Source of the DNA: a virus
Strand: one strand, 5' to 3'
Virus record (IMG/VR): IMGVR_UViG_3300033146_000946
Location: 32,001 to 96,000 of that record
DNA: 64,000 nt
Both the position numbers and the translations under genes were made by a program. How positions within the stretch are numbered: position 1 is the first letter of the stretch; every line of letters begins with the position of its first letter. Shown here piece after piece: positions 20,501-29,936 of the stretch. A model generated the notes under the pieces. It worked only from the letters and a program-made list of their open reading frames with translations, ran no database searches and was not told where the DNA came from.

Positions 20501-23500
20501 TATACTACTTTGCCTTATTAAAACAAAAAACATTAGCTAAAAAAAATGATATAGATTTATTTAAAGATGATGTAATAAAAGTAACACAAAGTGATGGTAC
20601 TGTTGTAGAACAAAAATTTAATTTTAAAAGTAATGATCAAATTTTAGAAGCATTTGAATTAGTTCCTAATAAAATTGAATCAAAAAAATTAAAAAAAGTT
20701 TTTGATAATAGTGATTTTTTTAGAGATTCATATAAAGGTCTATTAGTTGAAATAGATACATTATATGAGACCAGTGCTGGTATAATGTTAAAAGCATATG
20801 AAGATATTGAAGTAGATCCTCATATTTTTATTGCTGAAGCAATGATGTCTGTTGGTTTTTTTGGGGTAGTAGGTGCTGCATTATTAGGATCATTAGCAGT
20901 TATGACTGGTGGTGTAGCTTTATTAGCTGGTGGTATGGTTATAGGAATGGTTGGTATTACATTAGATCAAAATAAAAAAGAATCAATAAAAGCTACTATT
21001 AGAAAACACCATTCTTTATTAAAAAATATTTTAGATAATATAACATCAAAATATATTAGAGATATATCTAGAATAATTTTACGAGATCCACCAATAATTA
21101 AAGCTTTATATAGTGAAGAATTATATACTGATGTTATGACTATAATCAGAACTGCAGGTATAAATTGTTATAAAGATTTTGATATTAGATTAGATTCATT
21201 AAATGTTTTAAATGGTGAAACATTACAATTTAGTCCAGAATTTTATCTATTTAATAAATATGATCTTAATACTAAAAAAGATGAATTTATTAAAGATCAA
21301 TTGAAAAATAAAATATCTGCAGCTGAAATACAAAGTAATATGATTTTGAAAGAAACAACCGAAGTATTAGATATGTTAAGAAATATTAATGATGAAGTAT
21401 TTAAAGATGATGCTACATTTTTTACTCAAATTAAAACTGATTTAAATTATATAAAAAATAATTCTACATCAAGTGATCCTAATAGTTATGAAATGGATTA
21501 TGATGAATTATTTAAAAAAATAAAAAATGTTTATGGTAAAATTATAGAAGAATATTCAGGTGTATCTAAATATAAAATGATTAATGGTAAAAAAGTTGTA
21601 ACGTCAACTACTAATGGTATTGATATAGATTTATTAAAATTTAATTTGTTAAATACCGCTCGAATGAAACGAGCAATTGAATTAAAATTAATACAAAATA
21701 CTATTAATGATTCATTAAATGCAGATAATCCAGATGATAAGACAACAGATAAATCTAATAAGAAAAATACTTTAGACGCTTTAACTGAAATGGGTATAGC
21801 ATTAGAATCTATGGATAAATATAAAAATTATATTAAAAAATATTTTGAACAATATGTATCTACTGTTGAAATACAATGGAATCCAGATTTATATAAAGGT
21901 GAACTACAAAGTGAATCTTTTAAAACTGCAAAAGAATTAAAAAAAGAAAAAGAAAAAAGAATAAAAGAAGATAAAGAAAAATTATATAATCCAGATGCTA
22001 AACATGGCTCTATTACTAATTTTGAAATTAGTATTTATACTAGATTATATCAATTATATCTTTTAGATTCAGCAATTAAAGATGCAGTTGCTAATGAAAA
22101 AATACCATCTGATAAATATGATTTGTCAGATATTCCAGAATTACAATTACTCAAATGGTATGGTTTTAGATCAGCAGAACAATCAGTTAAAGATATAGAA
22201 TTCCTAGAAAAACTATATCATAGTGATCTTTCACAACAAGCAAAAGGTATGAGAAAATTATTTCCTACTCAAAAAATTTATTTAGTTGAAGAAGATAGAC
22301 ATACATTTAAAAATTTAGATGATTATTATTCTTATGATGCTATTCAATCGATTGATATAGTTTCTAATAAATATTCTGCTGGTAAAACTGCTGTATTGAG
22401 ATTAGGAAATATATATAATAATATAACTGATAAAATAAGTTTGATGACAGAGCGATTAACAATAGAAGAACGTAGTCAATTAAATACAGATAATGTGTTT
22501 ATGGGAACGTTAGATGTTAAACCTGGTACTAAAATTATTATTAAACAAGGTTACGATGCTAATGATAAATTTTTACCTGTTGTATTTATTGGTAAAATAG
22601 TAGATATGAGACCAGGTCCTGTAACAGAAATTATAGCACAAAGTTATGGTACACAATTAAATCATTATATTGAAAAATTAAATTTTGGATTTAAATCTTC
22701 AGCAAATGAACATGGGGATGTAGCTATAACTTTATTAGATCAAATGTTTGGATCTGATGGTCTAGGTAAGATAGATCCTATGAATATAAGAAGAAATTAT
22801 TTTACAGGAAAAAATTTATCAAAAATGAGAGAAAATTCATTTTCTAAGTTTTTAATATCTAATATTTTATCAAGAGTAAATATAGGATTATTTGCAAATG
22901 ATAATCCTCGCGATGATAATATCTTTTTACCAATGAGAATATTAGATTCTATTATGGATCATGTAACATTTGACTGGAGAATATATCAACAAACTATATG
23001 GCAAGCATTACAAGAATTAGCTCTATATCATAAAAATACTTTTCCAATGGTAAAATTATATAATTATGATGGTTTATCTAATTTAGATGAAATACGTGAA
23101 ACTGTTATTATAGGTAATAAAGCTGGATATTATAAATATACTGATGCATTTGGTTTGAGTTCTATAAATTATGCTGCTATTAAAAATGCTCTTGAAGAAT
23201 GGAATGATATTAAAGATGATGTTGTAGATGTATTAAAAACTATTACAAATTTTAGAGCAGTTAATGATACATTAGTAAAATTTTATGCTCATATAGCATT
23301 TCCAATGACTAATTATAAAGGTTCAAAAGTTAAATTTAAAACATTAGTTGATTCTAATTATATTAAAACATTTGATGTACCTGGTGATAATAAAAATGAT
23401 CCACAACATGTTGGAATAGAACATACAACTAAATCTAAAAAATTATCAAAAATATTAAATAATAAATATTTAATATTAATGTTAGTTAAAAAATATTTTG

Positions 23501-25197
23501 TTAAAAGTTTAAATACTTCAGCACAAGGATCATTTCAAAAATTAATGGCTGATTTATTTAATGAAAAAACTAATGGTTTAATAGATAGCAATATTCTTAA
23601 AGGTTTAAAATTTTTAATGCAAGTATATATGATAGAAAAATCTTATTCTAATGCTAATATTATTGGTGTATATACTAGAACTATACGTGGTAAATACAAT
23701 CTTGAATCATATAAAGTTTATGATAAACCATTTTTATTATTTTTACATGCTTTATCTTTATTAGTATCTGAAGGTAATAAGGTTCAAAAAGATGATCCAA
23801 AACGATTTGAATTTTTATCTGAAGAATTAAAAATAGAAGATTATATGGATTTAAGAGAATTAATATTAGATAATACTGACGAAAGTTTAACAACTAATTT
23901 ACAATATAAACCTATTCAAACACATCATTTTATTACTGATAATAATGATATATTATCTAATAATATAACTATCAATCAGAATTTTAATAATGCTGTTAAA
24001 TTATATTATACTCGAGAACCTGTTTATTCATTAGATAATATTAGTAATGAAGATGATATTATTCCAATGGTAGTTAAAGCATTTGGTGATACTAAAGATG
24101 GTGATACTAGAGTACTTGAATCATTTCAAAAAAATATTGATCCAAATTATTATGAAATTTCAAATGATTTATTAGATATATTTGGAAATTGGAATGGTGT
24201 TACTAAAATTAATACAGACGATAATTCTTTAACTGCATTTAATACTTCTAATTACGATTTTAATAATCCAAAATGGAGTAAATTACCAGCATTTTATAAA
24301 GTAGCAATAGGTTTATTACAACGTGAAATAGAACAAATGTATCGTGGAACATTACAAATAGTAGGTTATCCTTATATTGAACCTTTTGATATTATACATT
24401 TAGAAGATAATATGAATAATATGATAGGTACTATTGAAGTAGAAGAAGTTATTCACACATTTAATCCACAACAAGGTTTTATAACTACTATTACTCCTAA
24501 TTTAATAACATATGATAGAGATCCTATTCGAATGGCTGAATTAAATATGATGAAAGATGTATTAAGTATGGGAGATGATTTTAGATCTTACGCTCAAAAA
24601 CAATCTGTTTTTAATTTAGTAAAAGATGTTGTAGCTACAGGATTTTTTGCGGCTCAAACTTCAGCAGGTATAGCAACTGCTGAAACTGGAATAGGATTAG
24701 CATGGGCAGGTACATTTGGTTTACTAACTCTTAGTAGTGCAAAAGCAACATTTACCGATATAAAAAATTTAGTAGTTGGTAATAGAAATAAATATACATC
24801 ATTTTTATATGATCATTTTGCTAATCTTTTTGGAAGAGATTGTATCAATTTTACAGCATTAACCTATCATGGTGTACCATTTATGGGTGGCTTTGGTAAT
24901 ATAGATTATACAAATATAAATACTATTATTAACCATCAATCGGTAGAAGGTAATTTTACTAGAAGAATGGCAAATGCAACAGATACGCAATATCTTTGGA
25001 TGGCTTCTGGTGGAGATTTAAATAATATAAGTAAATTTACAGCGTTTGTAATGGGTGAAGGTGCTAATGGTTCTAATCATTGGTATGTTAGAGGTGCAGC
25101 TTGGTGGATGAAAGGTGTATTTATACTTAATGATTGGAGTACTGATGGTAAAATGAAGTGGTCACTTGGTGATTGGGTAGAACATCAAGCTAAATAA
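17518..25197 (+). CDS. Giant baseplate hub protein (two tail-tube-initiator-like domains + gp27/GpD-like hub)
   Basis: Hub-type motifs VKPGTKIIIKQGY..VFIGKI..IIAQSYG and YRGTLQIVGYPYIEPFD..EVEEVIHTF..GFITTITP. Directly precedes the spike, wedge and J genes. Confidence 0.7.
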   Translation: MAYINAKNVERVYHPSQLTTLLYSMIDTLKTDIKSSFKIPGTVSTRHKYDTVLSYGKYTSSLEKVKYKVSFLPGHLNLNTSKVSFLPGHLNLNTSKAHTYALDVISKLYTDTFKLKVSDFVYQNNPDVGTLLESKGRGLQPGDILLARAYSSTNNSEYIDYLTIVIEANDGNLVTFPELYKNNADLFNIKFIRQYTITKPSKELATLAGNTGHLFYQYKNTSKLSAEIIKSTRLNVDGYLQIGDLKFLVAPQQLSFSTQNGYQYFPTIRTNGNPNIPTAQEAKQVNITLIFPNVDSINNQLLPLFAMFKRTPFVNVYNKDISMFFSELKDEEDFVSFALEDLYIQTIKGFPNTLQANITILPFQKESFGSAFKALKTFDDVKYKQVVEDFRTSRIDNIVENIQNRLNDNKEIYATNIFRKVKGPYSKYGFRLTSDFTLSEPFRAYYQGLLAYRTVVEDELGNIVKKSNREPIYIEAFRPKKAANLIHKYVAEHNQNRPIVMNYSYIDESVREFRKKMNDQQQEARRKVAKQTRSAREMFEAIGDTSFNESLNTVIHTRQDFFDSILATYQFSSFDNFFSRVLVQYGVEVHSDNDIEKISGYLDLLFKYLKFGVKVDNVSWNDLEGGFNLVFGNAFKLVKSKYSFKGEARDQIDLLTGFTLIDTKTNKEVSTKEFTNNLLTKIQKLYVNIKDEKTKSVIAAFWDSIFNTISSGGDVVDLNTFMFKNLDGILRSSITIDNVNDIIEGWSISYSNKLIPMQLLGFKYPFYQHIGSNNINVQLSITSLQNGRKVGLKDEFSILNDRLQRTAKIILMNMPELLKLYNYTVSLDTVPLGNIFSIFGLKQLVFNNSNVSNIPGKPNAWAITVNFTQDLLTIREYQSIDQVPNTFGFAPEIANKLIRSRIITEDNDPSGYAKGDVVVYDLQLKKTLKDSDIDSVDPSKFDQSILSVLMPKEDYTKSAVSAAVEAQDKIDKKRLGPIQHGDETTYISEINNLFIYYFALLKQKTLAKKNDIDLFKDDVIKVTQSDGTVVEQKFNFKSNDQILEAFELVPNKIESKKLKKVFDNSDFFRDSYKGLLVEIDTLYETSAGIMLKAYEDIEVDPHIFIAEAMMSVGFFGVVGAALLGSLAVMTGGVALLAGGMVIGMVGITLDQNKKESIKATIRKHHSLLKNILDNITSKYIRDISRIILRDPPIIKALYSEELYTDVMTIIRTAGINCYKDFDIRLDSLNVLNGETLQFSPEFYLFNKYDLNTKKDEFIKDQLKNKISAAEIQSNMILKETTEVLDMLRNINDEVFKDDATFFTQIKTDLNYIKNNSTSSDPNSYEMDYDELFKKIKNVYGKIIEEYSGVSKYKMINGKKVVTSTTNGIDIDLLKFNLLNTARMKRAIELKLIQNTINDSLNADNPDDKTTDKSNKKNTLDALTEMGIALESMDKYKNYIKKYFEQYVSTVEIQWNPDLYKGELQSESFKTAKELKKEKEKRIKEDKEKLYNPDAKHGSITNFEISIYTRLYQLYLLDSAIKDAVANEKIPSDKYDLSDIPELQLLKWYGFRSAEQSVKDIEFLEKLYHSDLSQQAKGMRKLFPTQKIYLVEEDRHTFKNLDDYYSYDAIQSIDIVSNKYSAGKTAVLRLGNIYNNITDKISLMTERLTIEERSQLNTDNVFMGTLDVKPGTKIIIKQGYDANDKFLPVVFIGKIVDMRPGPVTEIIAQSYGTQLNHYIEKLNFGFKSSANEHGDVAITLLDQMFGSDGLGKIDPMNIRRNYFTGKNLSKMRENSFSKFLISNILSRVNIGLFANDNPRDDNIFLPMRILDSIMDHVTFDWRIYQQTIWQALQELALYHKNTFPMVKLYNYDGLSNLDEIRETVIIGNKAGYYKYTDAFGLSSINYAAIKNALEEWNDIKDDVVDVLKTITNFRAVNDTLVKFYAHIAFPMTNYKGSKVKFKTLVDSNYIKTFDVPGDNKNDPQHVGIEHTTKSKKLSKILNNKYLILMLVKKYFVKSLNTSAQGSFQKLMADLFNEKTNGLIDSNILKGLKFLMQVYMIEKSYSNANIIGVYTRTIRGKYNLESYKVYDKPFLLFLHALSLLVSEGNKVQKDDPKRFEFLSEELKIEDYMDLRELILDNTDESLTTNLQYKPIQTHHFITDNNDILSNNITINQNFNNAVKLYYTREPVYSLDNISNEDDIIPMVVKAFGDTKDGDTRVLESFQKNIDPNYYEISNDLLDIFGNWNGVTKINTDDNSLTAFNTSNYDFNNPKWSKLPAFYKVAIGLLQREIEQMYRGTLQIVGYPYIEPFDIIHLEDNMNNMIGTIEVEEVIHTFNPQQGFITTITPNLITYDRDPIRMAELNMMKDVLSMGDDFRSYAQKQSVFNLVKDVVATGFFAAQTSAGIATAETGIGLAWAGTFGLLTLSSAKATFTDIKNLVVGNRNKYTSFLYDHFANLFGRDCINFTALTYHGVPFMGGFGNIDYTNINTIINHQSVEGNFTRRMANATDTQYLWMASGGDLNNISKFTAFVMGEGANGSNHWYVRGAAWWMKGVFILNDWSTDGKMKWSLGDWVEHQAK
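17718..17806 (+). repeat. Perfect 42-bp in-frame tandem duplication
   Basis: TAAAGTATCATTTTTACCAGGACATTTAAATTTAAATACATC x2, then TAAAG. Peptide KVSFLPGHLNLNTS x2. Confidence 0.95.
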
Positions 25198-25211
25198 ATA
25201 GGAGAATTTAA

Positions 25212-26030
25212 ATGGAATATAAAGATACAAATAGAAGTACAAAAATGATAATAGCAGAAATTGCTGATGAAAATTATTTTAATAATTTTCAGAATATTAT
25301 TAGAATTAAAATAAAAGAAACACATGGAACTAATCCAATATATAAATATTATGATTTTCCATTATTATATAATGGAGAATATCCTAATCCTATATTGCAT
25401 AAAGTTTTAATATTCACATATGATACTATTTTAGATAAAATGTCAGAAGGTATGTTACAAAGTGATGAATTATTAAAATATCCTCCTGGATATAGAAATG
25501 AAGATGGATTATTATCTAATATTTCTAATGGATATTGTGTATTACTTAATCAACGTATAAAAAATAATGTAACTGCTACAGCTATAGGTGATGCTGATGG
25601 TTTTAATTCAGATGCTAAATTGGCATCTAATAAAGATGAAATACGTTATTCATTTTCACCTTCATTAAATTATGACTATACTACTACTGAGAACGAATAT
25701 AATGGAAATAAAAATTATGATAATATTGGAATATTTATAACAGATAATAGTGTTAAAATAAAATCAAGAGGTGGAGAGATAGTAGTTGGACCTGATGGAA
25801 TATCGTTAAGAGGACAAAAATCAGAAACACATCAAATTGATTTAGCTGGTTTAATAATGAAAAATCCATTAGCACAAATATTTCCAGAAACATTATTAAC
25901 TTTTCCATTATCTATAAAGAATATTCCTAATTTAAATCAATATATAGAAATTGGAAATTCGGTAAAACGAATAGCTGCTTATGCACAAGCTGCAGGAAAA
26001 GTTGTTACTATTATAAAAAACGTGGTGTAA
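25212..26030 (+). CDS. Baseplate central spike-like protein (GpV/gp5-type position)
   Basis: Lies between hub and wedge genes. Short beta-strand repeats IGIFITDNSVKIKSRGGEIVVGPDGISLRG. Confidence 0.5.
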   Translation: MEYKDTNRSTKMIIAEIADENYFNNFQNIIRIKIKETHGTNPIYKYYDFPLLYNGEYPNPILHKVLIFTYDTILDKMSEGMLQSDELLKYPPGYRNEDGLLSNISNGYCVLLNQRIKNNVTATAIGDADGFNSDAKLASNKDEIRYSFSPSLNYDYTTTENEYNGNKNYDNIGIFITDNSVKIKSRGGEIVVGPDGISLRGQKSETHQIDLAGLIMKNPLAQIFPETLLTFPLSIKNIPNLNQYIEIGNSVKRIAAYAQAAGKVVTIIKNVV

Positions 26031-26032
26031 TT

Positions 26033-26536
26033 ATGTATACAGATATATTATTTTCGTATGATACAGATATAGATTTTGCAAATGAAGATATCATGATAGT
26101 ATCTGATATCGAAATGATTAAACGACAAATCTTTAAATTATTAATAACAGATAAAAATGATTGGAAATTTGAACCAAATACTGGTGCTACTCCTAATAGA
26201 TTTATAGGTGAACAAAATACGAGAGAAACTGCACAATTATTAAAACAATATATGGAAACAAATATTAATAATCTTATGCATTATGGTTTTGTTGATATAA
26301 AAATAATACCACTTAATTATGAAAGTGTTAAGATATATATAGATGTTTATTTAGATGATATGTCAAAAGCGACTATGCCATTCACATTAGATTTTGTTAA
26401 TGGATTAATATATACTCAATTTGATAATATGGTTGATACCTTAGTGTCAAATAAAAATATAAAAATAAATAGCGTCGATGATATACCTACTCCAAATATA
26501 TATAAAGATAGACTAAGGTTACAATCTTTAAGATAA
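26033..26536 (+). CDS. Baseplate wedge / sheath initiator, gp25-like
   Basis: IKRQIFKLLITDKNDWKFEPNTGA..FIGE pattern. Directly upstream of baseplate J. Confidence 0.75.
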   Translation: MYTDILFSYDTDIDFANEDIMIVSDIEMIKRQIFKLLITDKNDWKFEPNTGATPNRFIGEQNTRETAQLLKQYMETNINNLMHYGFVDIKIIPLNYESVKIYIDVYLDDMSKATMPFTLDFVNGLIYTQFDNMVDTLVSNKNIKINSVDDIPTPNIYKDRLRLQSLR

Positions 26537-26553
26537 AATAAAAGGATAATTAT

Positions 26554-27816
26554 ATGCCAATAAGAAGATCATATTCTGATATAAAAAGTGATGCTAAAAC
26601 CAGAATACAATATAATACACCAATTAATGAGTTTGGACCTACAAGTATAACTGGTGCATTTATAGATATTATTGCATCTGAAATGGATTCTATATATTCA
26701 GAAATAGAATATTTACATAGATCAATTGATCCTACTAGAAATTTTGGTAGAGAATTAGATAATTTAGGTTATATGTTAGGAGTAGATAGAAAATCTGGAA
26801 ATATCGCTATTGATGAAAGTCAAACTAATTTCTATTTTTATATTGATAAAAAAACTAATATAACATCTCCTAAAATTTTAATTGAAGCATTATATCCTAG
26901 TAATACTCATTCTAATATTATAGAACGATTATTTAAAGAAGGATATATAAATAAAATAATAGATCCAGACGAAATAATTATACCTAAAGGTGTTATTATT
27001 TCAAATAATAGTGGAACAATAAATTATATAACATTAGAAGAAACTAGATTAACTGGAAATAATAATGCATATTGTGGAGTAGCAGCACTATCGGAAGGTT
27101 CATCATCTAATGTAGAATCTAATGTATTAATTAAACACACATTAAATAATATTGGTATTTTAAATATTATTTCTAAATATATTTTATGTACTAATACTTT
27201 TCCTATTCAAACAGGAGGAGATAGTGATAGTGATGCAAATTATAAATATAGAATATCATTACAACCTCAAATTAGAAATGTTAATGAACAAACTATTAGA
27301 TCAGTGTGTTTAGATACTCCAGGAGTTAGAAATATTTATTTTACTAGAAGTTTATATGGGTATGGTACTATAGGAGTAATTTTAGAAGGAACTAGTCCAT
27401 TAATATCAGAAGGTTTAATTAATATAGTAACAAATAGATTAGAAGCTTTATCTGGTAATGATGCAGTATTTGTATCTGCACCAGAATATAAAGGTATCGA
27501 ATTATCTATATCTATCATACCAGAAATTGGAATAGATGGTAATAATTTAAATGATTTAGTTAGAGATAATATTATAACTTATATAAATAATATAAATATA
27601 GGTGGAACTATTATTTGGAATGATATAATTAAAACTATTATGGATGTTGATGGTGTTAAAGATTTTATGGTTGAATATTTTAAAATAGGTGAATATAATC
27701 CATATAAAAAATTGAATACTAAACCTATTGTGCTTAGAACTATCAACCAAAGAGCGTATGAAACTGAAAAATTTTATACAGATAAAGGTTTAATTAAAGT
27801 TTGTTCTGTTAGATAA
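26554..27816 (+). CDS. Baseplate J-like protein
   Basis: GRELDNLGYMLGVDRK, IIIPKG, GGDSDSDANYKYRI, PGVRNI, YINNINIGGTIIW..IMDVDGVKD. Confidence 0.9.
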   Translation: MPIRRSYSDIKSDAKTRIQYNTPINEFGPTSITGAFIDIIASEMDSIYSEIEYLHRSIDPTRNFGRELDNLGYMLGVDRKSGNIAIDESQTNFYFYIDKKTNITSPKILIEALYPSNTHSNIIERLFKEGYINKIIDPDEIIIPKGVIISNNSGTINYITLEETRLTGNNNAYCGVAALSEGSSSNVESNVLIKHTLNNIGILNIISKYILCTNTFPIQTGGDSDSDANYKYRISLQPQIRNVNEQTIRSVCLDTPGVRNIYFTRSLYGYGTIGVILEGTSPLISEGLINIVTNRLEALSGNDAVFVSAPEYKGIELSISIIPEIGIDGNNLNDLVRDNIITYINNINIGGTIIWNDIIKTIMDVDGVKDFMVEYFKIGEYNPYKKLNTKPIVLRTINQRAYETEKFYTDKGLIKVCSVR

Positions 27817-27827
27817 AAGGTTAATTT

Positions 27828-29936
27828 ATGAAAAAAGTATATAATGCAAATTCTACATATAGATTAATGAGTAAAGTTTTACCAAATGATTTTAAAATGG
27901 TAAAAGATGATAAATCAAAAGGTTATCAATATATTAATTCATTATATGGTATTGAAATAGATGATACGAAAGACTATCTTGATCAAGCTAAACATTATCT
28001 ATCATTTGAAAATTTTGATTATGGATTAGATTTTAACTATAGTATGATTGAAATACCATCTATTATTCATTCTGGATATATATATGGTGATACATTACCA
28101 ATAAAATTAACTAATGAAAAAGAATTTACATTAGGTAAACCTACTAGATTTGTTTATAATGAAAATGGTGATATCGATTTAGAATATCACTTATCTGGAT
28201 CTGGTATATTAGGTTTAGAATATATGAGAAAAGATAGAGAAGGTAATGGTGTATTATATATTAATTCTAATTTAAATAGTGAACAAGCTATAATATCTGG
28301 ATTATATCAATCATATATTTTGCCTATGTCTGATTTATTAGAACCAGATCATATAAAAATATCTGGATTTAATGCTGGTGTACATGATCAAAATTATGAA
28401 ATTAATGATTCATATGAAATAATTGAACCTCTTACTTATACAGTATTAAAACGAAAATATCCTTTTACTAAATATATATATTTACCAAAAGATGGAATAG
28501 ATGATAATCCAGCTAAACGTTATCTTGTAGATTATTATAAACCAGAAAAATATTATTGGGATGAATATAATATGACATATAAACCTTCTGTACCTACTGA
28601 AGCAACTTATATAGAAAATGGTGAAAAATTATATCATAAAGTAGCTTTAAATAATCCTAGTGGTTCTGGTGTATATGATACAGAATATCTAGAATTAGAA
28701 CATATACCAATTAGTGGAACTTTAAAAGTTTATGATTTAGAAAATGTCGATGATAAAGGACACGCTATTGAAATTACTCAAAATGGTACATTGTTATATA
28801 AATATGAAAAACCAGATAAAACATATGTTTATATAGGTTATAATCAAGAAATACCATATGAAGAAGGATTAGGTGAAGTTATTACTGCTCAACCTTATAT
28901 GGAAACTAGTTGGGACTATGTAAGAGAAGGTGATGGCTTAAAAGATTTTATATGGACTGAAGATCCATCCACACCTATTACTAATAAAATTAAAATAAAA
29001 AATGGAATATCTAAGTATATTGTTGAATATAAATATGTTGTTGATAATGAACAATATTGTATTTCAACTATGAATAGTAATAGATATATTAAATATAATG
29101 ATCTAGATTATATGTATAGTGCTAAAGATAATTATGATAATTTAATACAATTAGATGCTCAATTATCTATTGAAAAAGAAACTAGACGTGCATTAACTTT
29201 TAATGGTATGGATGTTAGACCTGGTACTAAAATTGATGAAATTCAATTAATAAGTACATTATATAATACGTATGATACAAATAAAACAACATCAGTTAAT
29301 TTAGATGATTTTGGTATACCTGGTAAAGTTAAAATAGCATTACCAAATATAGAAGATAATTATCAATATAGTTTCAAACATGATTTCAATAATATTGAAT
29401 TTAATCCAATTAATGGTATAATTAATACTACTTTTATTGGAAATATTTTAGGAGAGAAAATTAAATTTGATAATTTAGGATTATATTCATATAAATATTT
29501 TCCTTTTTATACTGGGGATTTAACTGAAAAACGAATTTTTAGAACTAGATTTAAATTAAATAGTAAATATGATTCTAATTTTGATATAATAAAATCTACT
29601 ACTTCTGATTATAGTTGGAAAATTTCTGGAAATAATGGATATATAATTATATCTGATGTAATATCTGAATATAGATCTAATTATCAATTATTAACTAATG
29701 ATATTATTGATTTAATAATAATAGCAAATGGTGATTATAATGATTCTATTAAACAATCTAGATTTGAAATTTATATAAGTATTAATGATTCATTCTTTAA
29801 AAAATTTGAACTTTATGAAAATGAATATAATACGTTTGAAGATTTTAATTCAATTAAAACAGAGATATTTACTAATATTAATGTTGATTTAGATTTTATA
29901 TATCTATACGATGAAGGTAATTTAATATGGATGTAG
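27828..29936 (+). CDS. Putative baseplate/tail structural protein
   Basis: Follows baseplate J in a tightly packed operon. Beta-rich composition. Confidence 0.5.
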   Translation: MKKVYNANSTYRLMSKVLPNDFKMVKDDKSKGYQYINSLYGIEIDDTKDYLDQAKHYLSFENFDYGLDFNYSMIEIPSIIHSGYIYGDTLPIKLTNEKEFTLGKPTRFVYNENGDIDLEYHLSGSGILGLEYMRKDREGNGVLYINSNLNSEQAIISGLYQSYILPMSDLLEPDHIKISGFNAGVHDQNYEINDSYEIIEPLTYTVLKRKYPFTKYIYLPKDGIDDNPAKRYLVDYYKPEKYYWDEYNMTYKPSVPTEATYIENGEKLYHKVALNNPSGSGVYDTEYLELEHIPISGTLKVYDLENVDDKGHAIEITQNGTLLYKYEKPDKTYVYIGYNQEIPYEEGLGEVITAQPYMETSWDYVREGDGLKDFIWTEDPSTPITNKIKIKNGISKYIVEYKYVVDNEQYCISTMNSNRYIKYNDLDYMYSAKDNYDNLIQLDAQLSIEKETRRALTFNGMDVRPGTKIDEIQLISTLYNTYDTNKTTSVNLDDFGIPGKVKIALPNIEDNYQYSFKHDFNNIEFNPINGIINTTFIGNILGEKIKFDNLGLYSYKYFPFYTGDLTEKRIFRTRFKLNSKYDSNFDIIKSTTSDYSWKISGNNGYIIISDVISEYRSNYQLLTNDIIDLIIIANGDYNDSIKQSRFEIYISINDSFFKKFELYENEYNTFEDFNSIKTEIFTNINVDLDFIYLYDEGNLIWM

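Noticed and set aside
3505-25197. Inteins or introns as the explanation for the giant ORFs and embedded nucleases
   Set aside because: No intein C/S...HN-C/S/T splice motifs or LAGLIDADG motifs recognised. The ORFs are uninterrupted and the two payload proteins lack Cys.
25212-27816. Bacterial contractile injection system or tailocin rather than phage
   Set aside because: The linked primase-helicase, Sak, HNH and Cas4-like genes and the very large structural operon indicate a phage, although no head genes lie in this window.
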